Positions 9,418 to 18,901 of a DNA stretch of 64,000 nucleotides are shown in pieces. A program made the position numbers and the translations under genes. The stretch covers positions 1 to 64,000 of the forward strand of contig CAVOVB010000010.1 in assembly GCA_963699755.1 (NCBI GenBank), read 5' to 3'. Under the pieces are notes generated by a model. It made no database searches. It was not told the origin of the DNA and saw only the letters and a list, made by a program, of their open reading frames with translations. Numbering within the stretch: position 1 is the first letter of the stretch; each line of letters starts with the position of its first letter. This stretch comes from an uncultured delta proteobacterium. GTDB lineage: Bacteria > Myxococcota_A > Polyangia > Polyangiales > Houyiibacteriaceae.

Positions 9418-10197
9418 ATGGAGAGCTATAGAGAGCTGGATCCGGGTGGTATTCGAGGCCTGGTCTTCGATATGGACGATACGGTGACCCGAAATGGGGT
9501 GCTCGAGCCAGGTGCGTACGCCGCGATGCACCGCTTGGCAGACGCCGACTTTGAGCTGGTCGCGGTGACTGGCAGGCCTCTGGGCTGGGCCGACGTGATC
9601 GCTCGACTCTGGCCTGTACGAGTTGCGGTTGGGGAGAATGGTGCTGGCTGGTCCTGGGTCGACGAGGCTGGGGCACACGAGGGCTACTTCTGTAGTGAGG
9701 CCGAGCGCAAGAAGCAGTCCTCGCTCCTCGACGCCGTTCGCCGAAAGGTCGCCTCGGAGATGCCGCAGGTGCAAACCACGAACGACCATCGGCTGCGCCG
9801 CTGCGATCTCGCCTTCGACGTCGGAGAGACCCGCTCCGTGCCTCGCGCGGAGATCGACGCGCTCGTCGACCTCATCGAATCCATCGGGGCGCGCACTTCG
9901 GTCTCGACGGTACACGCGCACGCGATCCCGGGCCCTTGGGACAAAGCCGAAGGCGTGAGGCGCGCTGTTCGCGAAGTGCTCGATCTGGAGCTCGGTGAAG
10001 AGATCGAGCGCTGGGTTTTCGTGGGCGACAGCGGCAACGACGCAGCCGCCTTTGCGTGGTTCCCCAAGAGCGTCGGTGTTGCGAACGTGAGAGAGCATTT
10101 GGATCGTCTTCCAGTCCCTCCGCGCTACGTGACCGATGGTGACCGCGGGCACGGATTTGCCGAGCTTGCAACCCATCTGATGGACGCGCGTGGCTAG
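9418..10197 (+). CDS. HAD-IIB family hydrolase
   Basis: FDMDDT, VTGR, DKAEG and VGDSGND motifs. Confidence 0.9.
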   Translation: MESYRELDPGGIRGLVFDMDDTVTRNGVLEPGAYAAMHRLADADFELVAVTGRPLGWADVIARLWPVRVAVGENGAGWSWVDEAGAHEGYFCSEAERKKQSSLLDAVRRKVASEMPQVQTTNDHRLRRCDLAFDVGETRSVPRAEIDALVDLIESIGARTSVSTVHAHAIPGPWDKAEGVRRAVREVLDLELGEEIERWVFVGDSGNDAAAFAWFPKSVGVANVREHLDRLPVPPRYVTDGDRGHGFAELATHLMDARG

Positions 10198-10996
10198 GCG
10201 AAAACCAGAATCTGGGGCGACGGGATCGGCAGCGCACTACCAGGACGGTCGCTACTACGATCAGGCCTACCGCCGTCGGCGCCACGACGTGCGCTTCTAC
10301 ACCGAGCTCGCGGTTAGATACGGAGGGCCCGTTCTGGAGCTCGGAGTGGGCACCGGCCGGGTCGCGCTTGCCATCGCCAAGGCAGGCATCGAGATTGTCG
10401 GGGTGGAGCCGATGGTGCCCATGCTCGATCGAGCCTACGAGCGACTCGAGCGCCAGCCTCGCGCCATCAGGGACAGAGTCGAGCTACGCGAGGGCAGCAT
10501 CGAACGCCTCCGGCTTCGCCGGAAGTTCCCCCTGGTGATCGCGCCCTTCAACGTCTGGATGCACCTCTACACGCGCGAAGAGATCGAGCGAGGCTTCGCC
10601 ACGGTTCGGCATCACTTGGAACGCGGAGGCCGCTTCGCCTTTGACGTCCTGCTCCCAGATCCGGTCAGCCTGGCGCGAGACCCATCGAGAGGCTACCGCG
10701 GCGGCGAAGTACGTCACCCGCGCGACGGTGAGCGCTACCGCTACCGCGAATACTTCAGCTACGACCCCGCGATGCAGGTTCAAACCGTCGTGATGGACTT
10801 CGAGCACCCCGACGAAGTCCGGCGCTCGTTTTGCACGCCACTCACCCAGCGGCAGTTCTTTCCAGCAGAGCTCGAAGCCCTGCTCTTCTACAACGGTTTC
10901 GAGGTCGAATCGCATGATGGCGATTTTGACGGGGAGCCGATTAGCATGGCAACCGAGTCGCAGGTCATCATTGCTCGGCTCCGCTCTACTCCCTGA
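10190..10996 (+). CDS. Class I SAM-dependent methyltransferase
   Basis: VLELGVGTGRV motif I. Confidence 0.9.
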   Translation: MARRKPESGATGSAAHYQDGRYYDQAYRRRRHDVRFYTELAVRYGGPVLELGVGTGRVALAIAKAGIEIVGVEPMVPMLDRAYERLERQPRAIRDRVELREGSIERLRLRRKFPLVIAPFNVWMHLYTREEIERGFATVRHHLERGGRFAFDVLLPDPVSLARDPSRGYRGGEVRHPRDGERYRYREYFSYDPAMQVQTVVMDFEHPDEVRRSFCTPLTQRQFFPAELEALLFYNGFEVESHDGDFDGEPISMATESQVIIARLRSTP

Positions 10997-11978
10997 GCAG
11001 GACGTCGCAATAGTACTTCACGCGCTTCACCAGCTTTCCGTGGGCGCGAGTGTGGATGTCTTTTTTGAGCGCGAGCATGATGCGACGCTGGAAGGTGTAG
11101 CTGTTGCGTGCGGGCTTGGGTGCCGGGCCGCCGCCCGCGAGCTCGATCGGCGCCCAGAGGGCTTCGGGAGGCCACTGCCAGGCTTCTAGATCAAGCGGGT
11201 CGATGCGCGCGATCATCTGCTCGGCCAGGACACGCTTGTCTTGATCGTGGGCGAGCTCGCTCGCCCATTTGTCTACCTTGTCGGCCATCGGGCGATCCGC
11301 GCCATCGACGGTGATCGGATCGCCCATACCCTTCTTCGCAGGGCCAGCCCTGCCATACTCGACCGCTTCAGGGTCATTCTCGAGCCCCAGGAACGCGAAG
11401 ATCCGCTCGAGCTGCGTTCCGGGCTCCGTCACCAATTCTTCGTAGGCAACGTGTAGCAAGGGAACGGGGCGCTCCCGCAGAAATGACGCTACGGCCGGAA
11501 CGTAGCGTTCGAGAATCGGGTTGAATGCATGCGCTCGCTGCCAGTCACCATCGAAGAAGCTGTTGGCGTAGGAGCTGAAGACCGCCAGGGGATGCCTGGT
11601 CAACACCACGTACTTCGCGTCTGGATAGAGGCGCTGCAAAAACGGCAGCACGAGCGCGTTGGCCGGGGTCTTGTCGAGGAAGTAGCTACTGTCGCTCGTC
11701 GACAGCATACGGCCATAGAGCGTGTCGGTGTACGCCCGGAGCGCGTCGAGATAGTCCTGCTCGCCGCGCGGCAATCCCTCGATGAACGATTTGTTCGCCT
11801 GGGCCGCGTTGATGTGATCGTAGGGGGCCTTGTCGACGTTGCCGTAGACGCCGAGGTGTGCGAGCGGTGTGATCAAGTGCGGCTCGGGATGCGTGAAGAT
11901 CTCGTCGTGCGCGCCCATCATGCGCTGCAGCAGCGTCGACCCAGCTCGAGGTGGAGAGATTACGAAGACGAGTGACAT
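10986..11978 (-). CDS. Sulfotransferase family protein
   Basis: PPRAGSTLL 5'-PSB loop, LDKTP, LTRHP...S 3'-PB, YEELVTEP. Confidence 0.92.
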   Translation of the reverse strand: MSLVFVISPPRAGSTLLQRMMGAHDEIFTHPEPHLITPLAHLGVYGNVDKAPYDHINAAQANKSFIEGLPRGEQDYLDALRAYTDTLYGRMLSTSDSSYFLDKTPANALVLPFLQRLYPDAKYVVLTRHPLAVFSSYANSFFDGDWQRAHAFNPILERYVPAVASFLRERPVPLLHVAYEELVTEPGTQLERIFAFLGLENDPEAVEYGRAGPAKKGMGDPITVDGADRPMADKVDKWASELAHDQDKRVLAEQMIARIDPLDLEAWQWPPEALWAPIELAGGGPAPKPARNSYTFQRRIMLALKKDIHTRAHGKLVKRVKYYCDVLLRE

Positions 11979-11996
11979 GAGGCTTTGGGCAGTCGC

Positions 11997-14672
11997 TCAC
12001 CCCTGCGCGGCGAGCTGCCGCAAGACGTACTGCAGGATGCCTCCATGTTGGAAGTATTCGACCTCTTGCGGCGTGTCGATCCTGGCCTTCACGGTAAAGG
12101 ACTTCCCGGTGTCCGTCTTCACCGCGAGCAACTTGCCGGGCACCAGGCCCTCGGAAATCCCAGTGATGGAGAAGGTCTCTTCCCCGGTAAGCCCCAAGGG
12201 CTTGCGCCCCTGTCCTGCCTCGAATTCGAGCGGGAGGACGCCCATGCCGATGAGATTGGATCGATGAATCCGCTCGTAGCTTTCGGCGATGACCGCGCGG
12301 ACGCCGAGGAGGAGCGTGCCTTTGGCGGCCCAGTCGCGCGAGGAGCCCGTGCCGTACTCCTTTCCGGCTACGACGATGAGCGGCGTGCCATCGGCCTGAT
12401 ACCTCATCGAAGCATCGTAGATGCTGGTCTGCTCATTGTTGGGCAGGTAGCGGGTGATGCCACCCTCGGTCCCGGGTGCCAAGAGGTTTCGAAGTCGGAT
12501 GTTCGCGAACGTGCCTCGCATCATGACTTCGTGGTTGCCTCGCCGGCTTCCGTAGCTGTTGAAATCACGCGGCGCGACCCCGTGCTCCTCGAGGTACTTG
12601 GCGGCTGGGCTATCGAGCGCGATGGCGCCTGCAGGCGAGATGTGATCGGTCGTGACTGAGTCGCCGAGCAAGCAAAGCACCCGGGCCCCTTCGATGTCCT
12701 TGGGCGGCGCCGGCTCGCCGGCCTCGACCCCTTGGAAGAATGGAGGAAGGCGTACGTAGGTCGAGTCTGGGACCCACTGGTAACGGTCCGCCTGCTCGAA
12801 GCTCACCTCGCGCCACTGCGGCGGCCCATCGAGGACGACCGCATAGCGCTCGACGAACTGCTCCTTCTTGACGGAATTGCGAAGCGCATCGGTGACCTCT
12901 CGATGCGAAGGCCAGATGTCTCGTAGAAAGACGTCTTTGCCCTCGAGGTCTTGGCCGATGGGGTCGGTTTGGAAGTCGATGTTCATCGTGCCTGCAAGCG
13001 CATAGGCGACGACGAGGGGCGGGGACGCCAGATAGTTGGCTCGGGTCAGCGGATTGACCCGTCCTTCGAAGTTGCGGTTTCCACTCAGAGCAGAGGTCAC
13101 GAGCAGATCATGGGCTTTGACCGCCTCCGCGATTTCCGGATCGAGCGGACCCGAGTTTCCGATACAGGTCGTGCAGCCGTAACCGACGAGGTTGAAGCGC
13201 AGGATGTCGAGATAGTCGCTCAGACCGGATGCGTTGAGGTACTCGGTGACGACTTGGGAGCCGGGCGCCAAGCTGGTCTTCACCCAGGGCTTCGTGCGAA
13301 GACCCTTCTCGACCCCCTTCTTGGCCACGAGGCCTGCGGCTAACATCACCGAGGGATTCGAGGTGTTCGTGCAGCTGGTGATTGCCGCAATCACGACTGC
13401 ACCGTTCTTGAGGGTGAACGTCTCATCACCGCGCGTGACCTCGACACCTTGTTCCGCGGATACATCGAGTCCCCGGAGGACGTTCTGGAACGAGCGCTTC
13501 GATTCTTTGAGTGCGATCCGATCTTGCGGACGCTTAGGCCCGGCGATCGAAGGGACCACTTCACCGAGGTCGAGCGCGAGGGTGTCCGTGAACCGCGGCT
13601 CGGACGCGCTGGCCTCGTGGAACAAACCCTGTTCTTTGAGAACGCGCTCAACGACGTCGACGTGCGCCTCGTCACGGCCGCTGAAGCGAAGATAGTCGAG
13701 CGTCTCCTTGTCGACGGGGAAAAAGCCCATCGTCGCGCCGTACTCCGGCGCCATGTTGGCGATGGTGGCCCGGTCCGGGAGCGCCAAGTTTTCCATCCCT
13801 TCGCCGTAGAACTCGACGAACTTCCCGACTACGCCCTTTTCGCGAAGCATCTGGGTAACCGTCAGAACCGCGTCTGTTGCCGTGGCGCCTTCGGGGAGCT
13901 TGCCGGTCAGCTTGAAGCCGACGACCTGTGGGAGGAGCATGCTGATCGGTTGGCCGAGCATCGCGGCTTCAGCTTCGATTCCCCCGACGCCCCATCCGAG
14001 CACTCCGAGTCCGTTAATCATCGTCGTGTGAGAATCGGTGCCGACGAGGCTATCGGGATAGGCGATGCATTGGCCGTCGGCTTCGCGCGTGAAGACCACG
14101 CTCGCCAAATACTCGAGGTTGACCTGGTGAACGATGCCGGTGCCCGGCGGGACGACGCGCATGTTCTCGAAAGCGCTCTGCCCCCACTTCAGGAACTGAT
14201 ATCGTTCCTGGTTGCGTTCGAACTCGCGCTTCACGTTGTCTTCGAAGGAGCGCAGCAAACCGTATGAATCGACCTGCACCGAATGGTCGATGACGAGGTC
14301 CACAGGTTGCAACGGGTTGATGCGACTCGGGTCGCCACCCATCTTCGCGAACTGGTCGCGCATCGCCGCGAGGTCAACAACCGCCGGGACTCCGGTGAAG
14401 TCCTGGAGCAAGACACGGGACGGACGGAAGGCTATCTCGGTGCTGGGCGTCGCCTTCGGGTCCCAGTTGGCAACGGCCTCGATGTCTTCTCGAGTGACGG
14501 TCTTGCCATCTTCGTAGCGAAGCAGGTTCTCGAGCAGAACGCGGATGGAATATGGCAGCGTATCGACGCCCTTGAACCCCGCTCGGGTCAGTGCATCCAG
14601 GCGGTGAATCACCACCTGACGGCCTCCAGCGCGGATCGTAACCCGGCTCTCGAAAGAGTCCTGTGTTGTCAT
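11997..14672 (-). CDS. acnA: Aconitate hydratase A
   Basis: [53 protein letters not shown]. Confidence 0.98.
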   Translation of the reverse strand: MTTQDSFESRVTIRAGGRQVVIHRLDALTRAGFKGVDTLPYSIRVLLENLLRYEDGKTVTREDIEAVANWDPKATPSTEIAFRPSRVLLQDFTGVPAVVDLAAMRDQFAKMGGDPSRINPLQPVDLVIDHSVQVDSYGLLRSFEDNVKREFERNQERYQFLKWGQSAFENMRVVPPGTGIVHQVNLEYLASVVFTREADGQCIAYPDSLVGTDSHTTMINGLGVLGWGVGGIEAEAAMLGQPISMLLPQVVGFKLTGKLPEGATATDAVLTVTQMLREKGVVGKFVEFYGEGMENLALPDRATIANMAPEYGATMGFFPVDKETLDYLRFSGRDEAHVDVVERVLKEQGLFHEASASEPRFTDTLALDLGEVVPSIAGPKRPQDRIALKESKRSFQNVLRGLDVSAEQGVEVTRGDETFTLKNGAVVIAAITSCTNTSNPSVMLAAGLVAKKGVEKGLRTKPWVKTSLAPGSQVVTEYLNASGLSDYLDILRFNLVGYGCTTCIGNSGPLDPEIAEAVKAHDLLVTSALSGNRNFEGRVNPLTRANYLASPPLVVAYALAGTMNIDFQTDPIGQDLEGKDVFLRDIWPSHREVTDALRNSVKKEQFVERYAVVLDGPPQWREVSFEQADRYQWVPDSTYVRLPPFFQGVEAGEPAPPKDIEGARVLCLLGDSVTTDHISPAGAIALDSPAAKYLEEHGVAPRDFNSYGSRRGNHEVMMRGTFANIRLRNLLAPGTEGGITRYLPNNEQTSIYDASMRYQADGTPLIVVAGKEYGTGSSRDWAAKGTLLLGVRAVIAESYERIHRSNLIGMGVLPLEFEAGQGRKPLGLTGEETFSITGISEGLVPGKLLAVKTDTGKSFTVKARIDTPQEVEYFQHGGILQYVLRQLAAQG

Positions 14673-14778
14673 GCTGGGTGGCGTACCACGGCCGGTCTGG
14701 CGCGCCAGCCCGGGCATTGGCTAGGATGAAAACGCTGCGTGACAAGCGCTGTCAGAAGCGCTAGAAACGGCAACTCGC

Positions 14779-14853
14779 GGCGCCGTAGCCAAGTGGTAAG
14801 GCAGAGGTTTGCAAAACCTCCATTCGCTGGTTCGAATCCAGTCGGCGCCTCCA
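14779..14853 (+). tRNA. tRNA-Cys(GCA)
   Basis: GGCGCCG acceptor stem, anticodon GCA at 14811-14813, GGTTCGAATCC T-loop, encoded CCA. Confidence 0.97.
14805..14853 (+). repeat. attL, 49 bp direct repeat (3' part of tRNA-Cys)
   Basis: Identical to 20398-20446. Confidence 0.95.
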
Positions 14854-14897
14854 GAAAAATCAGGGTAAACGCATCACTGGCAACCCGATGAGAATGC

Positions 14898-14921
14898 TGC
14901 TGGCACCTCTGCTGGTACTTT
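14898..14921 (+). repeat. Putative integrase arm-type sites (left), 2 x 12 bp
   Basis: TGCTGGCACCTC TGCTGGTACTTT, matching 20269-20292. Confidence 0.75.
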
Positions 14922-15048
14922 TCCCGGCAAGGTCCCCTCTCACAGCGGACCTCATCTGCCCGACGCAAGCATGAAACTGATCGATGCACTAGGACCTGCG
15001 CTGTCGAGCTGGCGCGACGTGCACGCCTTCGTTAAGGCTGACGCTCGC

Positions 15049-15079
15049 CCGCCTACCGCTGCACCTCAAACGCACCCGC
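15049..15079 (-). repeat. Post-gene repeat copy B (encodes GAGAFEVQR-stop)
   Basis: 28/31 identical to 17303-17333, including an exact CTGCACCTCAAACGCACCC. Confidence 0.85.
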
Positions 15080-15195
15080 TCCGTGCGCATCGTCCGGGGC
15101 GCGAAGGTCGGAGACACTCATGGTCGAGGAATGAGCAGCTGCAGCGTTGGCTCTACTGCGCACAATCGGCACTTGTGGGACATTGCTTGGCGCGA

Positions 15196-16974
15196 CTACT
15201 CGTAGCGGTTGGCCCAGATGTTGGTGCGAATTCCGTCCGATTGCTGCCAGGCAGCTATTGCGTTGCCCTGAGCATCGATGCCCACGTGTGGGGCCGCAGC
15301 GTCGCCTGCATCGTCCAGCTCAATGAGCTGAGCCGTGCCCCACACCCCAGACGTCAACCGATTGGCCCAGATGCTCTCTCGCACTCCGTCCGATTGCTGC
15401 CAGACGACCATCGCATTGCCTTGCGAAGCCATGGCCACCTTCGGGGCGAAGGCATCGCCCATGTCATTCGTCTCTAGAAGCTCGGCGGTGCCCCAGACCC
15501 CAGATGTCGTCCAATTTGCCCACACGTTCGTCTGCACGCCGTCGGATTGCAGCCAGACCACGACGCCGTTGCCCTGCGTGTCCAGAGCAAACTGCGGGGA
15601 GACCGTGTCACCGAGGCCATCCACTTCGGTGCGCTCTGCGCTGCCCCACACACCCGAAGTCGACTGAATGGTCCAGAGGTCGTCACCTTGTGGTCCGAAG
15701 AGTAACGCATTGCCCTCTCCGTCACTCTCGACCTGGAGCTCCGAAGGGCCGTCGCTTTCGAGGAGCTCCTTGGGGCTCCAGCCGCCGGCGAGCGCAGCGC
15801 GGCTGAACCAAATGCCGCCTGTTCCTGGCCAGAATGCGAGAGCGTTGCCTGGCGCATCCATCACAAGCTGAATTGTAAATGTTGTTGAGCCATCTGGGTC
15901 GACTGGTCCGAGACTGCTCCAGACTCCCGAGGCCGTAGAGCGACTGGACTCAACATCCCTAGAAATGGAGTTCGAGTAGAGCGCGATTGCATTGCCCTGC
16001 GCGTCCATCGCTACTTGGAGAGGATAGCTAATGCCGTTGGAAGTGATTGCTTGGCCGCCGTCCCAAATGCCGGACGTCAAGCGGTTGGCCCCTACTAGTC
16101 TCACAGCCTGGCCTCCATACGCAACCCAGACCACAACTGCATCTCCACTGGGGTTCAGGGCGAGTCGGGGCTGCGCACCCGGCCTCGGACTACCTCCGAT
16201 CACCTCTGCGGTACCCCACATACCGGATGTGAAACGATTGGCCCAAACCGCGCCTGCGAATGACGGATTGATTGCTTGCTCCCATACGGCAACCGCATCG
16301 CCCTGCGCGTTCATTTCGAGTTGGGGCGAACCGGCATCCGCATCGTTGGTCTCCAGTAGCACAGGCGCACCCCAACTTCGCTCCCGGCACGCCCCAGCGT
16401 CACACACCCCGTCAACCCCGCAGAGCGTACCCTCGGGAAGCAAATCATTCGTGCATGACCCGTCCGCCGGATCGCAAATATCAGCGGTGCAATCGTTGCC
16501 GTCGTCGCAGTCCGCACCCGCGCACAGGTCGATCCCAATCTCTATCGCCACTTCATAGAAATCGGTAGCTCGACCATGCGGTGCCACTGCTACCTGCAAT
16601 ACGCTTGACCCCGGCGAGAGGGGCACGACGATGTCCGAGCCGCCGTGGCCGTCGTCGAGATACGTAGTGCGCTCGCCGTCAATCAGCACGAAGACCCAGA
16701 CGCGGGCCTCGGGATCGTTGGAGACGGTGCGGACCTGTGCTTCCGTCGTATCCCACGGCAACACAACGTCGTAGCTTCGTTGGTCGGAGTCGAACCCGGT
16801 GATTCGGTTCTCGCCCTCGACTATCAGTTCGAGCTCCGAGAGTCTCGAGTCGCCGTAGTAAAAGCAGCCGCTGTAGTCGATCTGGATAAAAGCCGGCATC
16901 AGCGCGACGGCCAGGAGATAGGGGGAGAACCAGACTCGCTGCTTCAAACTCGACGGGCAACGGCGCGCTTCCAT
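15196..16974 (-). CDS. Secreted/lipoprotein: cadherin-like beta-sandwich, Cys-rich linker and 8 x ~48 aa propeller-like repeats
   Basis: Hydrophobic N-terminus ending SGC; LSELEL...FDSDQRSYDV; CDDGNDCTADIC; repeated W..A......P.VA...GNA.VVW...WANR; AAAGGAG RBS. Confidence 0.85.
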   Translation of the reverse strand: MEARRCPSSLKQRVWFSPYLLAVALMPAFIQIDYSGCFYYGDSRLSELELIVEGENRITGFDSDQRSYDVVLPWDTTEAQVRTVSNDPEARVWVFVLIDGERTTYLDDGHGGSDIVVPLSPGSSVLQVAVAPHGRATDFYEVAIEIGIDLCAGADCDDGNDCTADICDPADGSCTNDLLPEGTLCGVDGVCDAGACRERSWGAPVLLETNDADAGSPQLEMNAQGDAVAVWEQAINPSFAGAVWANRFTSGMWGTAEVIGGSPRPGAQPRLALNPSGDAVVVWVAYGGQAVRLVGANRLTSGIWDGGQAITSNGISYPLQVAMDAQGNAIALYSNSISRDVESSRSTASGVWSSLGPVDPDGSTTFTIQLVMDAPGNALAFWPGTGGIWFSRAALAGGWSPKELLESDGPSELQVESDGEGNALLFGPQGDDLWTIQSTSGVWGSAERTEVDGLGDTVSPQFALDTQGNGVVVWLQSDGVQTNVWANWTTSGVWGTAELLETNDMGDAFAPKVAMASQGNAMVVWQQSDGVRESIWANRLTSGVWGTAQLIELDDAGDAAAPHVGIDAQGNAIAAWQQSDGIRTNIWANRYE

Positions 16975-17039
16975 GGCCTGCTCCTTTCGCCGTTCGCGGC
17001 GAAGGGGGGTGTCACCAGGAACGGGTCACGCATTCGGGG

Positions 17040-17056
17040 TGCAAGTTGTGTTCCTG
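17040..17056 (-). promoter_or_regulatory. Putative sigma54 promoter (-24/-12)
   Basis: Minus strand AGGAACACAACTTGCA, GG-N10-GC, about 65 bp upstream of the start codon. Confidence 0.55.
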
Positions 17057-17233
17057 CCAGCTTCGCTTGTCTTTCCGAGCATCGGTCCCGATCACGGCAC
17101 GCAAGTTCTGCGTTTACGCAGACGTTCGCGCAAGCCTTGCATAGATAGCGGCAGCGCCGCACCGTGCCTCGGGCTTACCAACCAGAGGGAAGCACTGCGC
17201 CCGCGCACGTCCGAAAACCACTAATGGGCGCCG

Positions 17234-17290
17234 TAACAAAACGGCGACCCACGGAGAGGGAGTATATTCCGAAGGCCGCCGCTCTTGTTA
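17234..17290 (-). terminator. Long hairpin with U-tract (terminator or sRNA 3' end), anti-SD-like loop
   Basis: Minus strand GCGGCGGCC...GGTCGCCGT TTTGTT with G-U pairs; loop contains CTCCCTCTCC. Confidence 0.6.
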
Positions 17291-17302
17291 GCTGATCCGA
17301 CT

Positions 17303-17333
17303 CCGCCTACGACTGCACCTCAAACGCACCCAC
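17303..17333 (-). repeat. Post-gene repeat copy A (encodes CDVGAFEVQS-stop)
   Basis: 28/31 identical to 15049-15079; starts about 25 bp after the lipoprotein stop codon. Confidence 0.85.
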
Positions 17334-17358
17334 GTCGCACAGCGAGTTGCTGCGGCAT

Positions 17359-18129
17359 CTAGTCACAGTTCATACGAAGGACGCTTGTGAGGCCCTCTCG
17401 AACCGGGACCCTGACGGTGTTCGGCAAGTCGCTCAGCCATCCGCGCCATACGACGCAGTTTTCAGCGGTTCCTCCGACGCGAATCTGGTACTCGCCTGGA
17501 GTGACCTCGACGAAGCCGCCTACGCCATCAGTCGACGTGGCGGTGAGATCTAGACTCCAGTCTTTGTTGGCGTCGCGATAGTACGCTTTCCCACCATTAC
17601 CGATTAGTTCGAACGTTGCGCCTGGCTCATTAACCTCTACGAGCCCGTTGATAGTGAGAGCAATAGCGCCCGTCCCCTCCGCCATCGGATAAGGGGACAT
17701 CACTCGCTCGTATTGCTCCCCCAAACGCACGTCGGTCTTCGGAGCGAAGGACGTGAAGGCGGATCCATCTGCGGAGACCACCTCCGAGCCCAGGAGCGAG
17801 CCGTACCCATCCTTCTCCACGGTCACCATCACTTCTTGCTCAGTGGGCATCTGCAGGAACGCGAACCCGGTGTCATCCGTTACCTCACAGTTGGTCGTAT
17901 TGAACTCGCAAACCTTCACACCTGGTAAAGGACCTACGATTCCGGCTCCCGGCGCGGTCGGATCCCAGTCCACGAGATATATAGTCAACTGAGCCCGTTC
18001 CTTGCCGCCGCCTGCCCCGCCGCTTCCGCCTGAGCCACCTTCGCCACCCAATCCCCCGGTCCCAACCGTCTCGCTGCAACCGATGACGCCCAGCGCCAGC
18101 ACGCAGATAAATCCGAGTAGATAAGACAT
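17359..18129 (-). CDS. Lipoprotein with Gly-rich linker and carboxypeptidase-regulatory-like beta-sandwich domain(s)
   Basis: MSYLLGFICVLALGVIGC lipobox, GGSGG linker, LPGVKVC...TDDTGFAFL...VEKDGY; GAGGAG RBS. Confidence 0.85.
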   Translation of the reverse strand: MSYLLGFICVLALGVIGCSETVGTGGLGGEGGSGGSGGAGGGKERAQLTIYLVDWDPTAPGAGIVGPLPGVKVCEFNTTNCEVTDDTGFAFLQMPTEQEVMVTVEKDGYGSLLGSEVVSADGSAFTSFAPKTDVRLGEQYERVMSPYPMAEGTGAIALTINGLVEVNEPGATFELIGNGGKAYYRDANKDWSLDLTATSTDGVGGFVEVTPGEYQIRVGGTAENCVVWRGWLSDLPNTVRVPVREGLTSVLRMNCD

Positions 18130-18178
18130 AACGATCTCCTCGCTCGTAGAATAATGCACCCCACGTGCGGTTACCGAG

Positions 18179-18195
18179 ATGCATCGGGCGTGCCA
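18179..18195 (-). promoter_or_regulatory. Putative sigma54 promoter (-24/-12)
   Basis: Minus strand TGGCACGCCCGATGCAT, close to the TGGCAC-N5-TTGCW consensus, 50 bp upstream of ATG 18129. Confidence 0.7.
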
Positions 18196-18301
18196 GGGTG
18201 GGAGCGGGGTAACTGCAAGCGAATCCGCTACCGTGACGCGCAGCTCTTGCGTTTGGGGCGTGGGGGCGCAGTGGATGCGCTCGGAGGAATCCAAGACAGG
18301 C

Positions 18302-18901
18302 TTAGACGCGCTGTTTCTTGGTCGTGTTCGTCGCGATGGTTGGGTCGCACTCGAGGGCGATCAGCGCGTCACGAAGAAACAAGTGGCCGCCACGTCCGTC
18401 CTTCGTATCGAACCGTACCAGGAACTTGTCGGCCACGTCGTCGACCGAGTGGTCCGTCACCTCGACCAGCGCGTGAAGCAGCGGCTTCTCCTGGATGGCA
18501 TTGACCACGCGTTCGGCGAGAACGCGAGCGTGAGCTTTGCTGTACCAGTCGGCGATGCCGACGCCATCTAAGGTCCAGCTTTCGATGCCGTGCGGCCAGT
18601 CCTCGGTGCCGGGACCGATGACCTCGCGGGCCTGTTGCTCTCAACTGGTGCCGGAGGGCCCCAGGAGGTGCCGCCAATCGTTTTCGAGATCACGGTCGCG
18701 GAGGCGCACCGCTTCCGCAGCAAGCTCTGTGGCGTGGCGCGCTCGGATCGCAGCGGGATCGTTCTCCTGCTTCTCCATCGCCTCTTGCAGTCGCCGCTTC
18801 CGCGCCTCGGGCGTCAGTCGCCAGTGCCCCGGTTTCTTCGGGTGCCGTTCCCAGTCCGGGTCGTTCTCGAACGCCTCGCACATCTGATCGTCCTCGGTCA
18901 C
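18302..18901 (-). pseudogene. 199-codon hypothetical gene interrupted by one in-frame TGA (18641-18643)
   Basis: ORFs 18641..18901 and 18302..18508 share a frame and the intervening codons are open; GTGA overlap with the integrase stop. Confidence 0.65.

Noticed and set aside
14971..15477. 168 aa plus-strand ORF at the island left end
   Set aside because: Overlaps the propeller gene antisense, runs across the repeat and has no recognisable domain or RBS.
15196..16380. Diversity-generating retroelement target
   Set aside because: No reverse transcriptase and no template/variable repeat pair with adenine-specific differences in the window.
18247..18265. Possible third, inverted copy of the post-gene repeat (TGCGTTTGGGGCGTGG)
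   Set aside because: Only an 8-bp exact match, opposite orientation and no tail peptide; compatible with chance.
18641..18643. Selenocysteine recoding of the internal TGA
   Set aside because: No Cys/redox context and no convincing SECIS-like hairpin seen; a nonsense change is simpler.
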